DNA from: a virus
Taxonomy: Duplodnaviria > Heunggongvirae > Uroviricota > Caudoviricetes
DNA length: 8,860 nt
Reading direction: 5' to 3' (one strand)
IMG/VR virus record: IMGVR_UViG_2698536312_000010
The position numbers and the translations under genes were made by a program. Of the stretch, positions 1-6,164 are shown in pieces; position 1 is the stretch's first letter, and every line of letters begins with the position of its first letter. The notes below the pieces were generated by a model. The model was not told the origin of the DNA, made no database searches, and was given only the letters and a program-made list of their open reading frames with translations.

Positions 1-1
1 A

Positions 2-157
2 CTGGTTGTCTGGAGATTCAGGGGGCCAGTCTACGGACATTTTCTGCCTGTGGACCAGGAAAGTGCACGGGTGCTTTCCACTCCCATGAAGCCCGGCAAT
101 CCGCGCAGATACAGTAATAAACGAACTGACAGCAGTAAGATGGAGCGTTTCTTTTGA
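2..157 (+). CDS. 3' end of an upstream nin-region ORF, partial (runs off the window start); product unknown
   Basis: Frame 2 is open from position 2 to TGA at 155-157. The stop overlaps the TTG start of the next ORF (TTGA), the same start/stop overlap pattern seen at the next two gene junctions. No family recognised. Confidence 0.3.
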   Translation: MVVWRFRGPVYGHFLPVDQESARVLSTPMKPGNPRRYSNKRTDSSKMERFF

Positions 158-411
158 ACAACCAGACAATGACTTTTACCCCTGAACAATTGCGTAAACA
201 CGCGCAGGAAATGCTGCGTCATGCTGAACAACTCGAAAAAACGGGCATAACAAAAGACGCTATCCGTAAAGATATGGTACCCGCGCTTCGGGAACTGATG
301 CAGGCGAAGCATCGCGCACAGAAAGCAGTAGATGAGCTGGTGGACTGTGTGGCAGAGCTGGAAACCAGAGTCGGAAAGTTTGAAAAACTGGTGCAGGAGG
401 TGCTGCGCTGA
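154..411 (+). CDS. Small hypothetical phage protein (85 aa) immediately upstream of rusA
   Basis: ORF in the six-frame track. TTG start at 154 is preceded by GGAG at 142-145 at 8 nt spacing; an internal ATG at 169 has no Shine-Dalgarno. Stop TGA 409-411 overlaps the rusA ATG at 411. Protein is charged and probably helical; no recognisable motif. Confidence 0.55.
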   Translation: MNNQTMTFTPEQLRKHAQEMLRHAEQLEKTGITKDAIRKDMVPALRELMQAKHRAQKAVDELVDCVAELETRVGKFEKLVQEVLR

Positions 412-785
412 TGCGCCATGAGTTTATTTTACCTTATCCGCCGACGGTGAATACTTACTGGCGACGTCGTGACAACACATATTTTGTATCAAAAGCCGGT
501 GAGCGTTATCGCCGGGATGTGGCGCTTATTGTCCGTCAGCAGCGACTGAAATTAAGCCTGTCCGGAAGACTGGCGATAAAGATTATTGCAGAGCCACCGG
601 ATAAGCGCCGTCGTGACCTGGACAATATCCTGAAAGCACCACTGGATGCACTGACACATGCGGGAGTGTTAATGGACGATGAGCAGTTTGATGAAATCAA
701 TATCGTTCGTGGTCAGCCAGTATCTGGTGGACGTCTGGGGGTGAAGATTTACCCCATAATGCATGAAGAGCAGGTCAAAAAATGA
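411..785 (+). CDS. rusA: RusA-family Holliday junction resolvase (crossover junction endodeoxyribonuclease)
   Basis: 124-aa product with the RusA-type RRRDLDN motif and overall resemblance to E. coli prophage RusA as I recall it. Size and position in the nin region just upstream of Q are typical. Stop overlaps the Q start (ATGA at 782-785). Confidence 0.9.
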   Translation: MRHEFILPYPPTVNTYWRRRDNTYFVSKAGERYRRDVALIVRQQRLKLSLSGRLAIKIIAEPPDKRRRDLDNILKAPLDALTHAGVLMDDEQFDEINIVRGQPVSGGRLGVKIYPIMHEEQVKK

Positions 786-1797
786 AACTGGAAGATTTAC
801 CGAAATACTACTCCCCAAAATCCCCTTGCCTGACCGATGCATCGGCCTCAACGTCAAAAGATGCGCTGAGTATCACTGATGTGATGGCCGCGCAGGGCAT
901 GACACAGAATCGGGCTGAGATGGGGTTTTCTGCGTTCCTGGGGAAAATGGGCATCAGTATGAATGACAGGGCGCGGGCAACAGAATTACTGGCAGATTAT
1001 GCACTCAGTCGGTGCGATCGTGTGGCGGCGTTGAGAAAACTTCCGGCAGAAATAAAACCGGTAGTGATGCGCATTATGGCTTCGTACGCTTTTGANNNNA
1101 GAATCGGGCTGAGATGGGGGTTTCTGCGTTCCTTGGGAAAATGGGCATTAGTATGAATGACAGAGAGCGGGCAACAGAATTGCTGACAGAATATGCACTC
1201 AGTCGGTGTGATCGCGTGGCGGCGTTAAGAAAACTCCCGGCAGAAATAAAACCGGCAGTGATGCGTATTATGGCTTCGTATGCGTTTGAAGATTATGCCC
1301 GTAGCGCGGCGAGCAAAAAACAGTGCCCCTGCTGTCACGGAAAAAAATTTATTGAAAGCGAGGTTTTTACAAACAAGATCCAGTATCCGGATGGTAAGCC
1401 GCCGGTATGGGCAAAGTGTACGAAAGGTGTGTATCCGTCTTACTGGGAAGAATGGAAAAAAGTCAGAGAGGTGGTAAAAGTTGCCTGTCCGGAGTGTGGC
1501 GGAAAGGGTGAGGTTTCCACCGCCTGTAAGGATTGCCGTGGGCGTGGTGTCGCCATTCATCGTGAAGAGTCGGTAAAACGTGGTATGCCTGTTATCAGAG
1601 ACTGCCAGCGTTGTGGTGGTCGTGGCTATGAAAGACTACCATCAACGGAGGCATTTAATGCTATATGCGAGGTGACAAACCAGATAACACGCGCGTCATG
1701 GGAAAAAACAGTTAAGAAATTCTATGATGCGCTGGTGACCCGGTTTGATATTGAAGAAGCATGGGCTGAGCGGCAGTTAAAAAAGGTAACTAGGTAA
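782..1797 (+). CDS. Q: Late-gene antiterminator Q-like protein with DnaJ-type zinc-finger repeats; reading frame interrupted by a 4-N scaffold gap and a duplicated segment
   Basis: The 5' part (782-1095) and 3' part (1100-1797) encode the same protein. About 190 bp either side of the Ns (905-1095 and 1100-1290) are diverged copies of each other (roughly 92% identical by eye), which shifts the frame by 194 nt. The C-terminal half has CPCCHG, CPECGGKG, CKDCRGRG and CQRCGGRG motifs. The gene sits directly upstream of a pR'-like promoter. Confidence 0.75.
1096..1099. other. Scaffold gap (4 N) between two diverged copies of the same Q segment
   Basis: Literal nnnn, flanked by near-identical sequence on both sides. 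Confidence 1.
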
Positions 1798-1802
1798 CAA
1801 GG

Positions 1803-1830
1803 TTGATTTTTCCGGAATCTGTGGTAAATT
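1803..1830 (+). promoter_or_regulatory. Sigma-70 late promoter, pR'-like (-35 TTGATT, 16-bp spacer, extended -10 TGgTAAATT)
   Basis: TTGATT at 1803-1808 and TAAATT at 1825-1830 with TG at 1822-1823, located 6 bp after the Q stop. Resembles lambda pR' (TTGACT / TAAATT) as I recall it. Confidence 0.5.
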
Positions 1831-1878
1831 CGTCATAACGATGGGCGTTTTATGCCTGACGTTAGAAGAGTTTCTACA

Positions 1879-1902
1879 ACCCGCCGCCGAGCGGGTTTTT
1901 TA
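1879..1902 (+). terminator. Intrinsic terminator, tR'-like, about 50-70 nt downstream of the late promoter
   Basis: Stem CCCGC (1880-1884), loop CGCCGA, stem GCGGG (1891-1895), followed by TTTTTTAT. Confidence 0.55.
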
Positions 1903-2021
1903 TGACTGAAATCGCGTCAGTACAGTAAACGCGCTGGTGGCGGTGAATACCTGTCTTTCAGCTTGCTGGCTTTTTCGACAAGAGTTATTGGTGTGTCACG
2001 TTAACCGGAAAAGGAAAAGAC

Positions 2022-2219
2022 ATGCTAAAACAGCAGGATATGACAGAAACCGCCAGAGTGGTGTTTAATGAATTAAGCGTTACCGAACCGGCGACAGTCG
2101 GGGAGATAGCGCAGAATACTTACCTTTCACGCGAACGCTGCCAGTTAATACTGACCCAGCTGGTTATGGCGGGTCTGGCAGACTATCAGTTCGGTTGTTA
2201 CAGACGCCTTCCGCAGTGA
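2022..2219 (+). CDS. Small hypothetical protein (65 aa), possibly helix-turn-helix-like
   Basis: ATG at 2022 preceded by AAAGGAAAAG. The segment TVGEIAQNTYLSRERCQLILTQLVMAGL looks like an HTH, judged by eye only. An intrinsic terminator overlaps its stop. Confidence 0.5.
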   Translation: MLKQQDMTETARVVFNELSVTEPATVGEIAQNTYLSRERCQLILTQLVMAGLADYQFGCYRRLPQ

Positions 2220-2230
2220 AGGCTTTTTTA
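2206..2230 (+). terminator. Intrinsic terminator overlapping the stop of the 65-aa ORF
   Basis: Stem GCCTTC (2206-2211), loop CGCAGT, stem GAAGGC (2218-2223), then TTTTTTA. Confidence 0.5.
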
Positions 2231-2369
2231 TTTGTGGTAAATGGGCGGCTGGTGGGTGTTAGGGGCACCCACCAGCCATCTGCTCATGCGTTGGGTTCAC
2301 AAGCAAACCTCAGGCCCACTGCTTTGCGCAAAAGCAGAATGAGCCTATCAGAGACAGGCTTAATGATCC

Positions 2370-3428
2370 ATGCTTAATACTGTAAAAATATCCAGTTGTG
2401 AGTTAATCAACGCCGACTGCCTGGAATTTATCCGGTCGTTACCCGAAAATTCTGTTGACCTGATAGTCACGGACCCGCCGTACTTTAAAGTGAAGCCTGA
2501 GGGCTGGGATAACCAGTGGAAGGGCGACGATGATTACCTGAAGTGGCTGGACCAGTGTCTGGCGCAGTTCTGGCGGGTGCTGAAACCTGCCGGAAGTCTT
2601 TACCTGTTCTGTGGTCATCGCCTGGCATCTGATATCGAAATCATGATGCGTGAACGCTTCAGTGTGCTGAACCATATTATCTGGGCGAAGCCGTCCGGAC
2701 GCTGGAACGGATGCAACAAGGAAAGCCTGCGGGCGTATTTCCCCGCCACAGAGCGCATTCTGTTCGCGGAACATTATCAGGGGCCGTATCGTCCGAAAGA
2801 TGCCGGGTATGCGGCGAAGGGCAGTGCACTGAAACAGCATGTGATGGCCCCGCTGATTTCTTACTTTCGTGATGCGCGAGCTGCCCTGGGGATAACGGCA
2901 AAACAGATTGCAGATGCCACAGGAAAGAAAAACATGGTGTCGCACTGGTTCAGTGCCGGTCAGTGGCAGTTGCCGAATGAAAGCGATTATCTGAAATTAC
3001 AGGCGCTGTTTGCCCGGGTGGCAGAAGAGAAGCATCGGCGTGGTGAACTGGAAAAGCTCCACCACCAGCTGGTGGATACGTATACCTCACTGAACCGGCA
3101 GTATGCGGAGCTGCTGAGTGAATATAAACATCTGCGGCGGTATTTTGGCGTGACGGTGCAGGTGCCGTATACCGATGTGTGGACGCATAAACCGGTGCAG
3201 TTCTATCCCGGGAAACATCCGTGCGAAAAACCGGCAGAAATGCTGCAGCAGATAATCAGCGCTAGCAGTCGTCCGGGTGACCTGATTGCAGATTTTTTCA
3301 TGGGGTTGGGTTCGACAGTGAAAGCGGCACTGGCGCTCGGGCGTCGTGCAATTGGCGTTGAGCTGGAGACTGAACGTTTTGAGCAGACGGTTCGGGAAGT
3401 ACAGGATTTAGTCAGCCAGAACGGATGA
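2370..3428 (+). CDS. Beta-class DNA methyltransferase (N6-adenine or N4-cytosine), orphan
   Basis: 352 aa with DPPY (motif IV) near the N-terminus in VTDPPYF and an FxGxG AdoMet-binding motif (DFFMGLGST) near the C-terminus; this order is diagnostic of beta-class amino-methyltransferases. No restriction-enzyme partner in the window. Confidence 0.9.
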   Translation: MLNTVKISSCELINADCLEFIRSLPENSVDLIVTDPPYFKVKPEGWDNQWKGDDDYLKWLDQCLAQFWRVLKPAGSLYLFCGHRLASDIEIMMRERFSVLNHIIWAKPSGRWNGCNKESLRAYFPATERILFAEHYQGPYRPKDAGYAAKGSALKQHVMAPLISYFRDARAALGITAKQIADATGKKNMVSHWFSAGQWQLPNESDYLKLQALFARVAEEKHRRGELEKLHHQLVDTYTSLNRQYAELLSEYKHLRRYFGVTVQVPYTDVWTHKPVQFYPGKHPCEKPAEMLQQIISASSRPGDLIADFFMGLGSTVKAALALGRRAIGVELETERFEQTVREVQDLVSQNG

Positions 3429-3468
3429 TATTGAAGAATTAATTACGCGTCGTTATTATGCGGCTCCC

Positions 3469-3544
3469 GGCCCTTTAGCTCAGTGGTGAGAGCGAGCGAC
3501 TCATAATCGCCAGGTCGCTGGTTCAAATCCAGCAAGGGCCACCA
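3469..3544 (+). tRNA. ileZ: tRNA with CAU anticodon, Ile2 (lysidine) type; encoded 3' CCA present
   Basis: Manual cloverleaf: acceptor GGCCCTT/AAGGGCC, D-stem GCTC/GAGC, anticodon loop CTCATAA (CAT at 3502-3504), T-arm GCTGG-TTCAAAT-CCAGC, discriminator A, CCA at 3542-3544. Close to E. coli tRNA-Ile2 as I recall it. The symbol follows Stx-phage nomenclature and is not verified by search. Confidence 0.88.
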
Positions 3545-3644
3545 TCACAAACCGCCATTAGCTTATCAGGAAGAGCAGACGACACGATAACAGGGTTGTT
3601 GGTGCGGGGGCGGGTCCCCGATGGCGGTCCATTATCGGTATTCA

Positions 3645-3721
3645 GCGTTGTTAGCTCAGCCGGACAGAGCAATTGCCTTCTAAGCAATCGGTCACTGGTT
3701 CGAATCCAGTACAGCGCGCCA
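3645..3721 (+). tRNA. argO: tRNA-Arg (anticodon UCU, reads AGA/AGG); encoded 3' CCA present
   Basis: Manual cloverleaf: acceptor GCGTTGT/ACAGCGC with one G-U pair, D-stem GCTC/GAGC, anticodon stem ATTGC/GCAAT, loop CTTCTAA (TCT at 3679-3681), T-arm ACTGG-TTCGAAT-CCAGT, CCA at 3719-3721. The symbol is a guess from 933W-type naming (argN/argO). Confidence 0.88.
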
Positions 3722-3831
3722 TATTCATTCTTCCAGATTCCTTCCGGCAGAGCCTTATACTGAAATATACCTGGCTCAGGATATTGTTGAAAATATTTTA
3801 TGTTTGTCAAAAATAAAAGTTCTGTTAAGTA

Positions 3832-4185
3832 TTGATTGAGTGTTTGTTATACGGTCTAATGGTTTTTTCAGCATTAAATATTTATCATTCATATGGTGTG
3901 GGTAGAGTGAATATTGATGAGGCGTCGGGGTGTTTCATCCTTAGGCAGCGTATTGATATAGTCAATGCAGCACGAGCAAAGGCCTTCAGCCGTTTGACAG
4001 TTTTGTTCTGTACTCCTGATCGTCTTTCGGGAAGAGACGTTATTATTCTGAATAGTGATGCTATACAGAGGGTTTGCGATGAGTTCATGGTTGCTAATTC
4101 AGAATTATTTGCTCTTGTTCAGGAGTACAACAGAATAGCCAGGACCTGTGGTATGGATGAACTTCGGATTACTCATCTGGGGTAG
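3832..4185 (+). CDS. Hypothetical ORF (117 aa from TTG; 108 aa from first ATG at 3859) immediately after the tRNAs
   Basis: Open frame only; no convincing Shine-Dalgarno for either start and no recognisable motif. An antisense ORF (3885-4088) overlaps it. Position corresponds to where stxA begins in Stx phages, but the product does not resemble StxA. Confidence 0.3.
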   Translation: MIECLLYGLMVFSALNIYHSYGVGRVNIDEASGCFILRQRIDIVNAARAKAFSRLTVLFCTPDRLSGRDVIILNSDAIQRVCDEFMVANSELFALVQEYNRIARTCGMDELRITHLG

Positions 4186-4389
4186 ATACATATCTGGATT
4201 ATCACCTGTTACGGTAAAAAGTGATTGCTTACTGTTTTTGTGAATGGCATTGCAGCAGCCGGATAATGTCAGTGCTGGCTGACGGTGTGCTGGTGGCGGG
4301 TGTGGTGGTTGTTGCTTTCCCGTTGCTGAAAAAGAAAACGCCAGACTGTTAGCCGGGTATCAGTTAGCGGGAGAAATTTTTAAATACTT

Positions 4390-4611
4390 CACAATTCAGG
4401 CGGTTGACTGTTGTCTGGTTTGCGGGGAGTTTGTTAAAAGAAACTGGCATGGTGAATCCCCCTGTGCGGAGGGGCAATCAGCGAGTAGGTATATGGGATA
4501 ATCGCGGATTCAGGTGCTGGTACTGAATTCACCGGGAGGCACCCGGCACCATGCAATGGCACATAGCGCCACTCTCCAGCCCCTCTCCGGAGGGGCTGTT
4601 TATATTGATTT
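4390..4611 (+). repeat. Repeat family copy 1: candidate small-RNA gene with 5' hairpin and intrinsic terminator
   Basis: The stretch from GTTTGTTAAAAG (4429) to the terminator is near-identical to copy 2 and shares conserved blocks with copy 3. 5' hairpin CCCCT-GTGCGG-AGGGG at 4458-4473. Terminator stem AGCCCCTC (4577-4584), loop TCCG, stem GAGGGGCT (4589-4596), then GTTTATATTGATTTT. Confidence 0.8.
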
Positions 4612-4632
4612 TGTCAGATGTGAGTAAACTCC

Positions 4633-4968
4633 TTATGGACTTTGTTGTTTTAGTCCATAAGGACATATTTGCAGAGTGCAACGGTTATTAAAGCATTCAT
4701 TCAATACGTTATCTGTATTTGTAGGGCATTCCTGGCTGTTTTTGATTAAATTCCAGAATGTTTTATTGAATGGTACTACGTTGTAAATGGTTACAGGTAG
4801 CACTTTGTTATTGAGCATGATGCCTGTGTGAGTCAGTGTAAATATACTTTCAGGAGGTAAGAAAGCATCCGATTGATACCAGATTATTAATTTTATTTTA
4901 CTCCATATGACTGAAAAAGATATTCCGCATGATGGCTGGATAACTGTATCAATCACAATCCACTTCAT
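4633..4968 (-). CDS. Hypothetical cysteine-rich protein (111 aa) in AT-rich DNA, opposite strand to the phage late genes
   Basis: Only long ORF in this interval. Good Shine-Dalgarno on the minus strand (AAGGA, 6-nt spacer, ATG at 4968-4966). AT-rich upstream region with a TATACT -10-like hexamer (plus coordinates 5009-5014). C-terminal cluster of four cysteines ([26 protein letters not shown]). A 10-bp perfect stem-loop (4631-4662) spans the stop codon. No family recognised. Confidence 0.45.
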   Translation of the reverse strand: MKWIVIDTVIQPSCGISFSVIWSKIKLIIWYQSDAFLPPESIFTLTHTGIMLNNKVLPVTIYNVVPFNKTFWNLIKNSQECPTNTDNVLNECFNNRCTLQICPYGLKQQSP

Positions 4969-5236
4969 TTAGTTTCCTTGTTTATGCCTTGCTGGTGATG
5001 TTCTGAAAAGTATAAATGATATTTTTGAATGTAAACCATAGAGCAGAATTATTTTTCTGATGTTGTTTATTGTTTATTTAAATGCAGGGTGGTTTATATC
5101 TCGTCTTGTAGTTTATCCATGCATATCTGCTTGATAATCAGGTTTTTATTTAAGGTATGGTTTTGTGTTTTTTCTGTATTACATGTCAGGTATTTTAAAG
5201 AATTATTTTTCAGATGGTGGAAAGAACCATGGCATT

Positions 5237-5248
5237 TNNNNNNNNNNN
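5237..5248. other. Scaffold gap (12 N) immediately 5' of repeat copy 2
   Basis: Literal N-run; the sequence after it begins exactly at a conserved repeat block. Confidence 1.
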
Positions 5249-5421
5249 GTTTGTTAAAAGAAACTGGCATGGTGAATCCCCCTGTGCGGAGGGGCAATCA
5301 GCGAGTAGGTATATGGGATAATCGCGGATTCAGGTGCTGGTACTGAATTCACCGGGAGGCACCCGGCATCATGCAATGGCACATAGCGCCACTCTCCAGC
5401 CCTCTCCGGAGGGGCTTTTCT
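5249..5421 (+). repeat. Repeat family copy 2 (5' end hidden by the gap); near-identical to copy 1
   Basis: 5249-5415 matches 4429-4596 with two differences (caccatg to catcatg, and one C missing in the terminator stem). Sequence downstream of the terminator is unrelated to that after copy 1. Confidence 0.8.
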
Positions 5422-5475
5422 GTGCCGGATACATCACAGTTTCTGGAACCTTAGGTACTACAGTATCAGTCAGGG

Positions 5476-5484
5476 TGCTATATT
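5476..5484 (+). promoter_or_regulatory. Candidate extended -10 promoter (TGcTATATT) for a short independent transcript ending at the 5610-5637 terminator
   Basis: TG at 5476-5477 and TATATT at 5479-5484; no clear -35. The terminator lies about 120-150 nt downstream. Confidence 0.35.
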
Positions 5485-5609
5485 TTCAGATGTGATGAAA
5501 GCCTGTCAGCAGGCAGGGCGTATCGGAAATGACCCAGTAGAGAAAACGTTGACTCAGATACCGGTGCTGAGTTACCGGGAAACCGGCATCACATGACCGC
5601 TATCCTTCC

Positions 5610-5637
5610 AGGCCCATCCGCTCCGGTGGGCCTTTTT
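5610..5637 (+). terminator. Intrinsic terminator (GC-rich hairpin plus T5)
   Basis: Stem GGCCCA (5611-5616), loop TCCGCTCCGG, stem TGGGCC (5627-5632), then TTTTT (5633-5637). Confidence 0.5.
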
Positions 5638-5676
5638 ACTGCAGAAAACAGGTTCCCCGTTAAATGCTATGTTGCT

Positions 5677-5908
5677 CACAATTCAGTAAGTTGACAGTTG
5701 CCTGTCAGACTGGGCATTTGTTAAAAAAATTTCGCATGGTGAATCCCCCTGAGCGGAGGGGCGACTGGTGACGGTATAATCTCTGATTATCAAAACGAGA
5801 ATGACGCGGGTTTAGTGGCACCGGGCTGAACTCACCGGGAGGCACCCGGCACCATGTGCATGATGATACAGATACGCGGCTTTAGCCCCTCTCCGGAGGG
5901 GTTTTCTT
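5677..5908 (+). repeat. Repeat family copy 3: diverged copy with the same conserved ends and a different core
   Basis: Shares CACAATTCAG, GTTGAC-GTTG-CTG, TTTGTTAAAA, GCATGGTGAATCCCCCTG-GCGGAGGGGC, TCACCGGGAGGCACCCGGCACCATG and the terminator hairpin (CCCCTC-TCCG-GAGGGG, 5886-5901, then TTTTCTT) with copy 1. The intervening core sequences are unrelated. Confidence 0.75.
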
Positions 5909-5913
5909 GTGGG

Positions 5914-5943
5914 CAAAAAAAGCCCGCGCTGGGAGACGCGGGC
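5914..5943 (-). terminator. Possible minus-strand intrinsic terminator facing the N gap
   Basis: Hairpin GCCCGCG-CTGGGAGA-CGCGGGC (5922-5943) preceded on the plus strand by A7 (5914-5920), which is a U-run on the minus-strand transcript. Confidence 0.35.
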
Positions 5944-5973
5944 GGCAAGGAATAAACAATAAAACGTGAAGTA

Positions 5974-6164
5974 NNNNNNNNNNNNNNNNNNNNNNNNNNN
6001 NNNNNNNNNNNNNNNNNNNNNNNNNNNNNNNNNNNNNNNNNNNNNNNNNNNNNNNNNNNNNNNNNNNNNNNNNNNNNNNNNNNNNNNNNNNNNNNNNNNN
6101 NNNNNNNNNNNNNNNNNNNNNNNNNNNNNNNNNNNNNNNNNNNNNNNNNNNNNNNNNNNNNNNN
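5974..6164. other. Scaffold gap (191 N) immediately upstream of the nanS-p start
   Basis: Literal N-run. Six-frame ORFs crossing it are artefacts. Confidence 1.

Noticed and set aside
31-312. 93-aa minus-strand ORF
   Set aside because: Antisense to the translationally coupled plus-strand nin genes; no start signals; typical shadow ORF.
219-419. 66-aa minus-strand ORF
   Set aside because: Lies inside the plus-strand 85-aa ORF in antisense; serine/threonine-rich low-complexity product.
669-857. 62-aa minus-strand ORF across the rusA/Q junction
   Set aside because: Antisense to two well-supported genes.
1225-1560. 111-aa minus-strand ORF and 65-aa plus-strand ORF (1280-1477) inside Q
   Set aside because: Both overlap the Q coding frame, which has recognisable zinc-finger motifs; alternative-frame artefacts.
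2195-2377. 60-aa plus-strand ORF between the small ORF and the methylase
   Set aside because: Spans an intrinsic terminator and three hairpins; more likely a structured leader than coding.
2439-2945. 168-aa and 74-aa minus-strand ORFs inside the methylase gene
   Set aside because: Antisense to a CDS with diagnostic DPPY and FxGxG motifs.
3545-3644. Possible third tRNA between the two tRNAs (933W-type phages have three)
   Set aside because: No T-loop (GTTCRAATC-like) or acceptor pairing could be found in the 100-bp spacer; only two tRNAs are supported.
3523-3810. 95-aa minus-strand ORF
   Set aside because: Overlaps both tRNA genes in antisense.
4445-4460. Sigma-54 promoter at TGGCATGGTGAATCC in the repeats
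   Set aside because: No GC dinucleotide at the required spacing from the GG; does not fit the -24/-12 consensus.
4552-4698. Short ORFs beginning at the conserved ATG inside each repeat (27-48 codons)
   Set aside because: Frame and sequence after the ATG are not conserved between copies; they read through the terminator hairpin.
5089-5346. 85-aa plus-strand and 67-aa minus-strand ORFs crossing the 12-N gap
   Set aside because: Frames run through N codons; cannot be real as drawn. The 5' part (5089-5236) could belong to a gene truncated by the gap but is not assessable.
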